Part shown: piece after piece, positions 12,578 through 22,175 of the stretch
Numbering within the stretch: position 1 is the stretch's first letter
Layout of the letters: the number at the start of each line of letters is the position of its first letter
Source of the DNA: Thermoanaerobaculia bacterium
GTDB lineage: Bacteria; Acidobacteriota; Thermoanaerobaculia; UBA5066
Reading direction: 5' to 3'
Length of the DNA stretch: 64,000 bases
NCBI GenBank assembly: GCA_963816185.1
Contig: CAWFJJ010000028.1
Span: 512,001-576,000 of the forward strand
Program-made: the position numbers and the translations under genes
The notes under the pieces: generated by a model
What the model was told of the DNA's origin: nothing
What the model saw: only the letters and a program-made list of their open reading frames with translations
The model's database searches: none

Positions 12578-13738
12578 ATGGTCGATTCGCTCGGAATCGT
12601 GGGCTACGACTCCTTCCATTTCGTCGTGGCCGATCTCGAACGGAGCCGCCGGTTTTACGCGGGGCTCGGCTTCTCCGAGGTCGCGCGGGCCTCCGCCTCG
12701 AAGATCGAAAAGGGCGGCGAGGTCGCCTCCGTCTTCGGAGCCGGGCAGATCCGCGTCCTCGTCTCCAGCCCGAAGCGGAAAGACTCGCGCGCCGCCCGTT
12801 TCCTGAGGATCCATCCCGACGGCATCTCCTCGCTCGCTCTTCGCGTGCGCGACATCCAGGCGAGCTGGGACTTTCTGGCGGCGCGCAACGCGACGTTCCT
12901 GTCCGACATCGCGGTCGACGAGGCTCCGGGCGGCACCTTCAAGACCTTCAACATCGCGACGCCGCTCGACGACGTGACGTTTCGCTTCATCGAGCGCAAG
13001 GGGCGATACCCTCTCTTCGCGCCGGATTTCGAGGACGTCGGCGACGGCAAGCCGCGCGAGAACCCGCACGGCTTCGCGACGATCGACCACGTGACGTCGA
13101 ACGCCTACACGATGCTGCCCGTCGTGAACTGGTACCGCGACGTCCTCGGGTTTACGCACTACTGGGACGTCGAATTCCACACCGCCGAGATGGCGAGCGG
13201 CCGCCGCCTGGCCGGCTCCGGCCTGCGGTCGATCGTCATGGCCGATCCCGAAAGCGGCGTGAAGCTCGCCACGAACGAACCCATGCGACCTTTCTTCCGC
13301 GAGAGCCAGATCAACCGGTTCTGCGAGGAGCACCACGGCGCGGGGGTTCAGCACATCGCGTTCCTCGTGAAGGAGATCATTCCCGCGGTCGAAGCTCTTC
13401 GCGCCGAGGGCATTCAGTTCCTGAAGGCACCCGGGGCCTATTACGACCGGCTGCCGAAGCGCCTCGAGGACGTGAAGATCACGAACGTCAAGGAGCCGAT
13501 GGAGGCCCTGCGACGCAACCACATCCTCCTGGACGGAGCCGACGACAAATACATGCTGCAGATCTTCATGCTCGACGCCACGGCGATGTACGGCGACGAG
13601 AAGGCCGGCCCCTTCTTCTACGAGATCATCCAGCGCGAGGGCGACCGCGGATTCGGCTACGGGAACTTCCGCGCGCTTTTCGAGTCGATCGAGGCGTCGC
13701 AGCGCGAGGCCTCTCCCGCTTTAGAGGTCGTCGGATGA
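12578..13738 (+). CDS. hppD: 4-hydroxyphenylpyruvate dioxygenase
   Basis: IDHVTSN, GAGVQHIAF, LQIF, FFYEIIQR, GFGYGNFRALFESIE. Confidence 0.95.
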   Translation: MVDSLGIVGYDSFHFVVADLERSRRFYAGLGFSEVARASASKIEKGGEVASVFGAGQIRVLVSSPKRKDSRAARFLRIHPDGISSLALRVRDIQASWDFLAARNATFLSDIAVDEAPGGTFKTFNIATPLDDVTFRFIERKGRYPLFAPDFEDVGDGKPRENPHGFATIDHVTSNAYTMLPVVNWYRDVLGFTHYWDVEFHTAEMASGRRLAGSGLRSIVMADPESGVKLATNEPMRPFFRESQINRFCEEHHGAGVQHIAFLVKEIIPAVEALRAEGIQFLKAPGAYYDRLPKRLEDVKITNVKEPMEALRRNHILLDGADDKYMLQIFMLDATAMYGDEKAGPFFYEIIQREGDRGFGYGNFRALFESIEASQREASPALEVVG

Positions 13739-13747
13739 CAAGGAAGG

Positions 13748-13835
13748 GAAGAGAAAGAGATTTCTTAGAATGAATAAGACGGACCAGCGGCACTGGCTCT
13801 CTTCTTTTCTAAGCAAATCTCTCTTCTTTCTCTTC
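13748..13835. repeat. TTCTTAGAA-family imperfect inverted repeat (hppD/hmgA junction)
   Basis: GAAGAGAAAGAGATTTCTTAGAA (13748-13770), 36 nt spacer, TTCTAAGCAAATCTCTCTTCTTTCTCTTC (13807-13835). Confidence 0.8.
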
Positions 13836-13845
13836 GGACATTCAC

Positions 13846-14997
13846 ATGATTGACCGGATGCAGCTCGGCGAGGTGCCTCCGAAGCCGCACACCGCGTTTC
13901 GGTCTTCCTCCGGCGTGCTGCGGTACGAGGAGTGCCTGACGCGCCGCGGCTTCGACGGCGAGTTCTCGATCCTCTACCACGAGGGGCCGCCGATGACGGA
14001 CACGCTCATCGGTCCGGCGACGCCCGGCCGGTTCGACGTCAAGGTGCCCATCCCGGCGGAGCACCAACCGCTCCGGCGCCGCCTCCTCCTCGGGGAGAAG
14101 GCTCCCGAAGGGTTCACACCCGTCCTCTTCAACGAGGACGTGACGGTCTCTCTGTTCAGAATCCCTCGGGAAGCGGAATCGGCTGACGGGTTTTCGAACG
14201 GCGACGGGGACGACCTGTATTTCTTCTATGAAGGTGAGGGAAAGGTCGAGACTCCGTTTGGCGACGTCGCCTTTGGCGGGAACGACTACCTGCTCATTCC
14301 GCGGGGCGTGGTCGCGCGCTTTCGCATCTCCTCCCCTTTCGAGGGAATTCTCCTCGAGCTCCGCGGCGGGCTGCACATCCCCCGCGAGTTCCGGAATCCC
14401 GTCGGCCAGCTCCGGATGGACGCGCCGTACACGCACCGCGACTTCGTCCGGCCCGTCTTCCAGGGTCCACGCCCGGGGCCGAAGCGCATCCTGGTCAAGA
14501 AGGACGACGCGTTCGTCGAACGCGTGCCCCTCGTCTCGCCCTTCGACGTCGTCGGCTGGGACGGCACGGTCTGGCCGTTCGCGTTCAACATCCTCAAGTA
14601 CCAGCCGAAGACCGGCCTCGTGCACCTTCCGCCCACCATCCACTCCACGTTCGGCGCGCGCAACGCGCTCATCTGCTCGTTCGTCCCGCGCATGACGGAC
14701 ACCCACCCCGACGCGATCCCCTGCCCGTACCCGCACGCGTCGGTCGACTGCGACGAGATCATCTATTACGTCCGCGGCAGCTTCACGAGCCGCAAGGGCG
14801 TGGGGCCGAAGGCCGTCTCGCTCCATCCCGCCGGCGTGCCGCACGGCCCGCACCCCGGCGCCTACGAGGGCTCGATCGGCACGCGGTCGACGGACGAGCT
14901 CGCCGTCATGATGGACACCTTCGCCCCGCTCCGCCTCACGGAGCAGGCCCTCGCGCTCGAGTCTTCCGGCTACCACGACAGCTGGATCCCGGGCTGA
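13846..14997 (+). CDS. hmgA: Homogentisate 1,2-dioxygenase
   Basis: NGDGDDL, PFDVVGWDG, HLPPTIH, PYPH..DCDE, HPAGVPHGPHPG, ELAVMMDT; adjacent to hppD. Confidence 0.93.
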   Translation: MIDRMQLGEVPPKPHTAFRSSSGVLRYEECLTRRGFDGEFSILYHEGPPMTDTLIGPATPGRFDVKVPIPAEHQPLRRRLLLGEKAPEGFTPVLFNEDVTVSLFRIPREAESADGFSNGDGDDLYFFYEGEGKVETPFGDVAFGGNDYLLIPRGVVARFRISSPFEGILLELRGGLHIPREFRNPVGQLRMDAPYTHRDFVRPVFQGPRPGPKRILVKKDDAFVERVPLVSPFDVVGWDGTVWPFAFNILKYQPKTGLVHLPPTIHSTFGARNALICSFVPRMTDTHPDAIPCPYPHASVDCDEIIYYVRGSFTSRKGVGPKAVSLHPAGVPHGPHPGAYEGSIGTRSTDELAVMMDTFAPLRLTEQALALESSGYHDSWIPG

Positions 14998-15004
14998 GAA
15001 GTCC

Positions 15005-15736
15005 TTGAACGACATCTTTCGGTGGCTCAGGCAAAATATCGAGGCACGGCTTCCTGCCGAGGGGCAGCCGTCTCCCGCCCTCGATCTGGCGCCACCGGAT
15101 CCGGCTGCCCCGCCTTCCCCGCCGAAGCCCCGGTTCTTCGGACCGCATTTCTGGACCGGTTTCGGATTTGGAATCCTCGCGTGTTTCGTCCTCCTCGTCG
15201 GAGGCTCGATGCTCCTCGGCCTCTGGATGATGAAGGCGATGGAGACCTCGGTGTCCGGTTCGAAGGCTGGCGGGTTCCTGCCGGCGCCACCGTTCCCGGT
15301 CGCGGAAACCGTCTCTGACTTCACGCTCGGGCTCGAAAAGTCGGACGGAACGCCGTTCGACACAGCCTCTGTTCGCGGGAAGCCGGTTTTTCTCAACTAC
15401 TGGGCGACCTGGTGCGGGCCCTGCCGTGAAGAGATGCCGGCGATCCAGCGCCTTTACGACAAGACGCGGGACCTTGGAATCGTCTTCCTGCTCGTGTCCG
15501 ACGAGAAGCCCGAAAAAATAACCGAATACTGGAAGAAGAACGGTTTCACGATGCCAATCTACCGTTCCACGAAGAGCCGGCCTGCGGCCTACCAGACCCA
15601 GGGCATCCCAGCGACGTTCATCCTCGCGCCCGACGGCCGGATTGCCTTCAGCCACACCGGTGCCGCCCGCTGGGACGACGATTCGACGCTCGCGTTCCTC
15701 CGAAGCCTCCCGGCAGCCCGAACGGCCGACCCCTGA
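15005..15736 (+). CDS. TlpA/ResA family membrane-anchored thiol-disulfide oxidoreductase
   Basis: TM segment followed by LNYWATWCGPCREEMP and GIPATF. Start codon uncertain. Confidence 0.85.
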   Translation: MNDIFRWLRQNIEARLPAEGQPSPALDLAPPDPAAPPSPPKPRFFGPHFWTGFGFGILACFVLLVGGSMLLGLWMMKAMETSVSGSKAGGFLPAPPFPVAETVSDFTLGLEKSDGTPFDTASVRGKPVFLNYWATWCGPCREEMPAIQRLYDKTRDLGIVFLLVSDEKPEKITEYWKKNGFTMPIYRSTKSRPAAYQTQGIPATFILAPDGRIAFSHTGAARWDDDSTLAFLRSLPAARTADP

Positions 15737-15803
15737 TCTTCGGCGGCCGAAACCTTCGCGTCGCCGTCGCGTAACTCCTCCGATGCACCCATCCGGAGGA
15801 CCG

Positions 15804-17201
15804 ATGAAGCCACGTCTCGCCATCGCCGTGCTCGCCCTCGCGGCGGCCTCGGGGCCCTTCGCCCCGGCCGCAGAGCCGTCCGCCCCCCCGCGCGCGCCGA
15901 TCCCCGTCGACTACCGGAAGCTCCCGAACGGGCTGAAGGTGGTCCTCTCGCCCGACCACACGTCGCCCACCGCGGTCGTGGCCGTCTACTACAACATCGG
16001 GTTCCGGATCGAGCCGCGGAACCGGACCGGCTTCGCCCACCTCTTCGAGCACCTCATGTTCCAGGGCTCGAAGAACCTCGGGAAGATGGAGTTCATCAAG
16101 CTCGTCCAATCGAACGGCGGCATTTTGAACGGCTCGACGCGCTTCGACTTCACGAACTACTTCGAGGTCGTGCCCGCGAACGTGCTCAGAACGGCCCTCT
16201 GGGCGGAGGCCGACCGCATGCGCGGCCTCGCGATCACGCAGGACAACCTCACGAACCAGCAGGGCGTCGTGAAGAACGAGGTCAAGGTCAACGTCCTGAA
16301 CCGCCCGTACGGCGGGTTCCCGTGGCTCGACATGCCGCAGGTCGCGAACGAGAACTGGTTCAACGCGCACAATTTCTACGGCGACCTCAAGGACATCGAC
16401 GCCGCGACCCTCGTGGATGCCCAGGCCTTCTTCCGATCGTTCTACTCGCCGGGCAACGCCGCACTCGTCGTGACCGGCGACTTCGAGCCCGCGACGGCGT
16501 TCAAGTGGATCCAGGACTATTTCGGGTCCATCCCGTCGGCGCCGCACCAGGGGCTCCCCGACATCTCCGAGCCGCGCCAGGAGAAGGAGAAGCGCTCCGT
16601 CAAGCAGGACCCGCAGGCCCCGCGTCCCGCCCTCGCCGTCGCGTACCATGCGCCGAAGCGCAACACGCCCGAGTACTACGCGCTCGGCCTCATCGATCAG
16701 ATCCTCGCGGGAGGCAACGACAGCCGGCTCCACGAGGCGCTCGTTCGCAAGAGCGGCCTCACCGGCGAGGTCGAGTCCTCGATCAACGGCCTCGGGAACA
16801 TGTTCAACATCGCAGGCCCGACGCTCTATACGATTTCGCTCTTCCACGACCGCGACAAGACCCCGGACGCCATCCTCAAGGTACTCGACGCGGAGGTCGA
16901 GAACCTGCGCACCGTGCCCGTCGACCAGGCGACGCTCCACCGCGCGATGGTCAAGATGCGATCCGACCTCTACGCGATGCAGGAGAGCATCTTCGGGTTC
17001 GGGCGCGCGGATCTCCTTGCCTCGTTCGCGCTCTTCGACGACGACCCGGGCCGGATCAACCACCTCGAGGAGCAGTTCGCGAAGGTCACGCCTGAGCTGA
17101 TCCGGAAGACCGCGGAGGAATACCTCCGTCCCACGAACCGCACGATCCTCGTGATCGAGCCGAAGCCGGAAGCCCCGAAGCTCCCAGGCCCGAAGGTCTG
17201 A
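15804..17201 (+). CDS. M16 family zinc peptidase, active subunit (secreted)
   Basis: GGAGGA RBS, signal peptide, HLFEH inverted zinc motif, NGST. Confidence 0.92.
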   Translation: MKPRLAIAVLALAAASGPFAPAAEPSAPPRAPIPVDYRKLPNGLKVVLSPDHTSPTAVVAVYYNIGFRIEPRNRTGFAHLFEHLMFQGSKNLGKMEFIKLVQSNGGILNGSTRFDFTNYFEVVPANVLRTALWAEADRMRGLAITQDNLTNQQGVVKNEVKVNVLNRPYGGFPWLDMPQVANENWFNAHNFYGDLKDIDAATLVDAQAFFRSFYSPGNAALVVTGDFEPATAFKWIQDYFGSIPSAPHQGLPDISEPRQEKEKRSVKQDPQAPRPALAVAYHAPKRNTPEYYALGLIDQILAGGNDSRLHEALVRKSGLTGEVESSINGLGNMFNIAGPTLYTISLFHDRDKTPDAILKVLDAEVENLRTVPVDQATLHRAMVKMRSDLYAMQESIFGFGRADLLASFALFDDDPGRINHLEEQFAKVTPELIRKTAEEYLRPTNRTILVIEPKPEAPKLPGPKV

Positions 17202-17212
17202 GGAAGGACGCC

Positions 17213-18616
17213 ATGACGACCCGACGCACACTCTCGCTTCTCGCCGCTTCTGCCCTGGTCGCGCTTCTCCCGGGGGCCGCGCGCTCTCAGGAGCGCGAAA
17301 AGCCCCCCGAGCCCGACGCGCCGCGCCCGTTCAAGCTCCCGACGCCCACGCGCTTCACGCTTCCGAACGGCCTCAAGGTCTCGCTCGTTCCCTACGGGAC
17401 GATCCCAAAGGCCCTCGTGAGGCTCACGATCCAGGCCGGAAACGCGGACGAGGCCGCGGGCCAGGTCTGGATGGCCGACCTCACGGGCGACCTCCTCCTC
17501 GAGGGCACGAAGACGCGCAGCGCGAGCCGCATCGCCGAGGACGCCGCCTCGATGGGCGGCGAGGTGGCCGTGCAGCCCGGAGAGAACCTGACGACGGTCG
17601 GCGGCGAGGTTCTGTCCGAGTTCGCGCCGGCGATGGTCGACTTGGTCGCGGACGTGGCCCGAAACCCGGCGTTCCCCGAGTCCGAGCTCGCGCGGCTCAA
17701 GGCGAACCTCGGGAGGCGCCTCTCGATCGCGAAGAGCCAGTCCGGGCAGCTCGCCGCCGGGGCGTTCCGGGCCGCGATGTACCCGGGCCAGTCCTGCGGC
17801 CGCCTCTTTCCCGCCGCCGACGCCCTGCAGGGCTACACGCTCGCGAACGCGAAGGCGTTCTGGTCGGGCCACTACGGAGCGGATCGCGCCGCCCTCTACG
17901 TCGTCGGCGTCTTCGACGCCAAGGCGACCGAAGCGGCAATCCGCCGCGCCTTCGCGGGATGGGGCAAGGCATCCGCTCCGCCCGCGGCGCCGCCGAAGCC
18001 GTCCACGAAGCGCACGCTGACCGTCCTCGACCGGCCCGGGGCCTCGCAATCCACGGTGTGGCTCGGGATGCCCGTCGTCGATCCCTCGCATCCCGACTAT
18101 GTCCCTCTCGCCGTCACGAACGCGCTCCTGGGCGGCTCCTTCGGCTCGCGCATCACGAGCAACATCCGCGAGCAGAAAGGGTACACGTATTCGCCCTTCA
18201 GCCAGATCTCGGTCCGCCGGCAGGGCGCCTTCTGGGCGGAGGTTGCGGACGTCACGACGAACGTCACGGGGGCTTCGATCAAGGAGATCCTCGGCGAGAT
18301 CGACCGCCTGCGCACGGAGCCGCCTTCTCAGGCCGAGCTCAAGGGCATCCAGAACTACCTCGCGGGGACGTTCGTGCTCCAGAACTCCTCGCGCGCGGGC
18401 ATCGCGAACCAGCTCCAGTTTCTCGCCGTCCACGGGCTACCGGATTCGTACCTTTCGGGCTTCGTCGCGCGCGTGCACGCCGTCACACCGGAGGAGGTCA
18501 TGCGCCTCGCGAAGGCCTACATCAGGCCGGACGAGGCGACCCTCGTCGTCGTCGGCGACCGCAAGGTCATCGACGAGCAGCTCAAGCCCTATCAGCCGCC
18601 CGCCGGCCAGCCGTAG
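17213..18616 (+). CDS. M16 family peptidase, inactive partner subunit
   Basis: Lacks HxxEH; has LGGSFGSRITSNIREQKGYTYS; signal peptide. Confidence 0.9.
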   Translation: MTTRRTLSLLAASALVALLPGAARSQEREKPPEPDAPRPFKLPTPTRFTLPNGLKVSLVPYGTIPKALVRLTIQAGNADEAAGQVWMADLTGDLLLEGTKTRSASRIAEDAASMGGEVAVQPGENLTTVGGEVLSEFAPAMVDLVADVARNPAFPESELARLKANLGRRLSIAKSQSGQLAAGAFRAAMYPGQSCGRLFPAADALQGYTLANAKAFWSGHYGADRAALYVVGVFDAKATEAAIRRAFAGWGKASAPPAAPPKPSTKRTLTVLDRPGASQSTVWLGMPVVDPSHPDYVPLAVTNALLGGSFGSRITSNIREQKGYTYSPFSQISVRRQGAFWAEVADVTTNVTGASIKEILGEIDRLRTEPPSQAELKGIQNYLAGTFVLQNSSRAGIANQLQFLAVHGLPDSYLSGFVARVHAVTPEEVMRLAKAYIRPDEATLVVVGDRKVIDEQLKPYQPPAGQP

Positions 18617-18632
18617 GCGCGGCCGGAGCTCT

Positions 18633-19409
18633 TCAGCGGCCCGTGAACTTCGCGGGCCGCTTCTCGAGGAAGGCCGACACGCCCTCTTTCATGTCACCCG
18701 TCGCGACGCAGAGCCCGAAGAGCGCCGCCTCGTGGTCCTCGGCGGCCGCGAACGGCATCTCGAGGCCCGCATTCACGGAGTCGAGGACGCAGCGGATCGC
18801 GACAGGCGCCTTCGAGAGAATCTTCTTCAGGATCTCCCGGCTCGCCGGCAGCAGCTCGGCCGGCTCGACGACGCGGTTCACGAGGCCGATGCGCCAGGCT
18901 TCGTCTGCCGAGACCATGTCGCCCGTCAGAAGCATTTCGAGGGCCCGGCCCTTCCCCACGAGACGCGGCAGCCTCTGGCTGCCGCCGTAACCCGGAATGA
19001 GCCCGAGGTTCACCTCCGGCTGTCCCAGCCGGGCGGTTTTCGACGCGACGCGCAGCGTGCAGGCGAGCGCCACCTCGCAGCCGCCGCCGAGCGCGAAGCC
19101 GTTCACGGCCGCGATCACGGGCTTGCCGAGGTTCTCGATCGCGCCGAGCACCGCCTGCCCCTTTCGCGCGAAAGCGCGGGCCGAGACGGGCGTGAACGCG
19201 CGGAATGTCGTGATGTCGGCTCCCGCGATGAACGCCTTTTCGCCCGCGCCGGTCAGGATCACGCCGCCGACGGAATCGTCGGCCCGCGCGGCCTCGAACG
19301 CGGCGGCGAGCCCGTTCATCACGTCCGGGTTGAGCGCGTTGAGCTTGTCGGGGCGGTTGATCGTGACCGTGAGGATGCGATCCGAGACCTCGCTGAGAAC
19401 GACGGACAT
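18633..19409 (-). CDS. Enoyl-CoA hydratase/crotonase
   Basis: NRPDKLNAL, AFIAGADI, GFALGGGCE, GQPEVNLGLIPGYGG. Confidence 0.93.
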   Translation of the reverse strand: MSVVLSEVSDRILTVTINRPDKLNALNPDVMNGLAAAFEAARADDSVGGVILTGAGEKAFIAGADITTFRAFTPVSARAFARKGQAVLGAIENLGKPVIAAVNGFALGGGCEVALACTLRVASKTARLGQPEVNLGLIPGYGGSQRLPRLVGKGRALEMLLTGDMVSADEAWRIGLVNRVVEPAELLPASREILKKILSKAPVAIRCVLDSVNAGLEMPFAAAEDHEAALFGLCVATGDMKEGVSAFLEKRPAKFTGR

Positions 19410-19423
19410 CGTGGATACCTCTT

Positions 19424-19927
19424 TCAGGCGAACGGATTCTCGTCCGCGCTCGGACCGTACATGCCCGGCACGGGCACGTCGAGGAGGCGGAGATAGACGG
19501 ACAGCTGGCCGCGGTGATGGACTCCGTGGTTGAGGATCATCATCCGCACGACGGCGAGGCGCGGCATGGAGAAAACGGGTTTGCCCTTCATCGAGAGCGT
19601 CCAAAGTCCCATCGCCCGGGCGTCGTCGAGCTCGTTCAAAGCGTCCTTGGCATCTGCGATCGTCTTGTCGAACAAGGCAACGAGGCCGGTCGTGGTTGGA
19701 GGCGGCGGCGGGGTGCCGACCGTGTTCAACCCGACATCGAAGCCGTCCTCCTTCAGAAAGCCCGTCCAGCGCGGCAGCGTCGCGACGTGCGTCGCGAGCC
19801 TCCCGAGCGTCATCGACTTCGGGTGCGGCGCCCAGTCGTTCTTCCCTTCCGGCACGCGCTCGAGCATCTTGCGAGTCGAAGCGGCCTCACGGTCGAGCTC
19901 CAGGATGGACGGATCGATCAGACGCAT
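19424..19927 (-). CDS. DinB family protein
   Basis: WAPHPKSMTLGRLATHV and NHGVHHRGQLSVYLR..VPGMYG. Confidence 0.88.
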   Translation of the reverse strand: MRLIDPSILELDREAASTRKMLERVPEGKNDWAPHPKSMTLGRLATHVATLPRWTGFLKEDGFDVGLNTVGTPPPPPTTTGLVALFDKTIADAKDALNELDDARAMGLWTLSMKGKPVFSMPRLAVVRMMILNHGVHHRGQLSVYLRLLDVPVPGMYGPSADENPFA

Positions 19928-19981
19928 AGACGACCTCCTGATTCTGCCCCGCGCCCTGACGGCCCGCGCCGCCGGGAGCCT

Positions 19982-20857
19982 TCAGGCCCGCCGGTTCCCC
20001 CGCTCGTCATATTCATAGAATCCTCTCCCGGTCTTTCTTCCGTACCGCCCCGCAAGCACCATCCGTTTCAGGAGCGGCGGCGGCGCGAAGCGGGACTCGC
20101 GGTACTCGGTGAACATGATCTCCGCGATCGCGTACACGGTGTCGAGTCCGACGTAATCGAGAAGCTCGAACGGGCCCATGGGATGCGCGCAGCCCAGCTT
20201 CATGCCCGTGTCGACGTCCTCGAGCGAGCCCACGCCCTGCTCGTACGCGCGGATCGCGTCGAGGAGGTACGGCACGAGCAATCGGTTGACCACGAACCCC
20301 GAGTTGTCGCGCGCCGCGATGGGCTCCTTGCCGAGGGAACGGGCGAAGGCCGTCACGCGCGCCACCGTCTCGTCGGAAGTCCCGATCGCCCGCACGACCT
20401 CCACGAGCTTCATCACGGGGACGGGGTTGAAGAAGTGCATCCCGGCGAAGCGGTCCGGCCGCGCCGTGGCAGCCGCCATCTCGGCGATCGTGAGCGACGA
20501 CGTGTTCGAGCAGAAGATCGCGTGCGGCGCACATAGCTTGTCGAGCGCCTTGAACACCCCGCGTTTGGCCTCGAGGTTCTCGACAATCGCCTCGCTGACG
20601 AGATCGACCGAAGAGAATCTTTCGAGTGAAGAGGAGAAGTGCAGCCGCGAGAGGATCGCGGATTCATCCTCTTCTCGCAGCTTGCCGCGTTGCTTTGCCT
20701 TCGAAAGGGATTGCGTGATGCGCCTGCGCCCTTTCTCGATCAGCTCGTCGCTGGGTTCGCGGACGACGACCTCGTAGCCTGCCTTCGCGCACACCTCCGC
20801 GATTCCCGACCCCATCAATCCGGCTCCGAGAACTCCGACGGTCTTGATCTCGCTCAT
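19982..20857 (-). CDS. 3-hydroxybutyryl/3-hydroxyacyl-CoA dehydrogenase
   Basis: GAGLMGSGIA, EAIVEN, SNTSS, GMHFFNP, GFVVNR, HPMGPF. Confidence 0.93.
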   Translation of the reverse strand: MSEIKTVGVLGAGLMGSGIAEVCAKAGYEVVVREPSDELIEKGRRRITQSLSKAKQRGKLREEDESAILSRLHFSSSLERFSSVDLVSEAIVENLEAKRGVFKALDKLCAPHAIFCSNTSSLTIAEMAAATARPDRFAGMHFFNPVPVMKLVEVVRAIGTSDETVARVTAFARSLGKEPIAARDNSGFVVNRLLVPYLLDAIRAYEQGVGSLEDVDTGMKLGCAHPMGPFELLDYVGLDTVYAIAEIMFTEYRESRFAPPPLLKRMVLAGRYGRKTGRGFYEYDERGNRRA

Positions 20858-20890
20858 ACAGCACGCCCCACCACGGCGCACGTGCCTGCG

Positions 20891-20938
20891 AATCTCACTC
20901 TTCCCCTCTTAACCATTCTAAGAATCCTCCGTCTCTTC
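20891..20938. repeat. TTCTAAGAA-family arm (thiolase/hbd junction)
   Basis: TTCTAAGAATCCTCCGTCTCTTC at 20916 within an AT/CT-rich spacer. Confidence 0.6.
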
Positions 20939-20948
20939 GAACTTTGCC

Positions 20949-22136
20949 TTACGAGAGACCCTCTACGACCAGCGCCATGCCTTGCCCTCCCCCGATGCAG
21001 GCCGAGGCGAGGCCCCAGCGCTTGCCGCGCCGTCGGAGCTCCTTGAGAAGCGTGAGCGTCAGCCGCGCGCCGCTCGCCCCCAGCGGATGTCCGAGCGCGA
21101 TCGCGCCGCCGTTCACGTTCAGCTTCGTGCGATCGACCCCCAGCTCCTTGATGACTCCGAGAATCTGGCCCGCGAACGCCTCGTTGATCTCGACGAGGTC
21201 CATGTCGCCGAGCGACTTCCCCGCCTTCGCGAGCGCCGCGCGGCACGCCGAGACGGGTCCGAGACCCATTTCGGCGGGCTCGCAGCCCGTGACGGCCTCC
21301 GCCACGAGGCGACCGAGCGGGACGATCCCTTTCGCGCGCGCCTTCTCTTCGGTCGTCACGACCATGGCCACCGCCCCATCCACGATTCCCGACGCGTTGC
21401 CCGCCGTGACCATCCCGTCCTTCCCGAACGCCGGGGCCAGCTTCGCGAGCCCTTCGAGCGTCGAATCCACCGTCAGATGGTCGTCCTCGGACACAGTGAC
21501 GGTTTTGCGCCCCTTCTTCGCTTCGACCGCGATGATCTCTTCCGCGAGCCGCCCCTTCGCGCGGGCGTCGGCGGCCTTCTTCTGGCTTTCGAGCGCGAAC
21601 GCGTCCTGCTCCTCGCGTGAGACGCCGTAGCGCCGAGCGACGTTGTCCGAGGTCTGTGCCATCGCGAGGCCGGGAACCGTGTCGAAAAGGCTGCTCATGA
21701 GCGCGTCTTCGAGCTTGCCCTGTCCGAGCCTGAGCCCGGTCCGGGCGCCGCGGATGACGAACGGCGCCTGACTCATATTCTCCGTGCCGCCGGCGAGCAC
21801 GGCGTCCGTCTCGCCGAGGAGGATCCTCTGTTTCGCCTGGACGATCGCCTCGAAGCCGGAGCCGCACAGGCGGTTCACCGTGAGCGCGGGCACCTCCTTC
21901 GGCACTGCCGACCGGAGGCCGACATGGCGGGCGAGGTAGATGGCGTCGGACGAGGTCTGCAGTACGTTCCCGAAGATCACATGCCCGACCTCCCCGGGCT
22001 CGAAACGAGCCCGGCGCAGAGCTTCGCGGGAGGCTGCGACGGCGAGGTCGGTTGCAGAGGTGTCTGCGAAGAAGCCGTTGTAGTCGGCCATCGCCGTGCG
22101 GACACCTTCGGCGACAACGATCGAAAAGGTGGTCAT
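20949..22136 (-). CDS. Acetyl-CoA C-acyltransferase (thiolase)
   Basis: NRLCGSG, TAGNASG, EINEAF, GHPLGASG, CIGGGQG. Confidence 0.95.
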   Translation of the reverse strand: MTTFSIVVAEGVRTAMADYNGFFADTSATDLAVAASREALRRARFEPGEVGHVIFGNVLQTSSDAIYLARHVGLRSAVPKEVPALTVNRLCGSGFEAIVQAKQRILLGETDAVLAGGTENMSQAPFVIRGARTGLRLGQGKLEDALMSSLFDTVPGLAMAQTSDNVARRYGVSREEQDAFALESQKKAADARAKGRLAEEIIAVEAKKGRKTVTVSEDDHLTVDSTLEGLAKLAPAFGKDGMVTAGNASGIVDGAVAMVVTTEEKARAKGIVPLGRLVAEAVTGCEPAEMGLGPVSACRAALAKAGKSLGDMDLVEINEAFAGQILGVIKELGVDRTKLNVNGGAIALGHPLGASGARLTLTLLKELRRRGKRWGLASACIGGGQGMALVVEGLS

Positions 22137-22175
22137 CGCCGGATTCTATCCCGGCGAATTCCCGTTGGACCCTTT

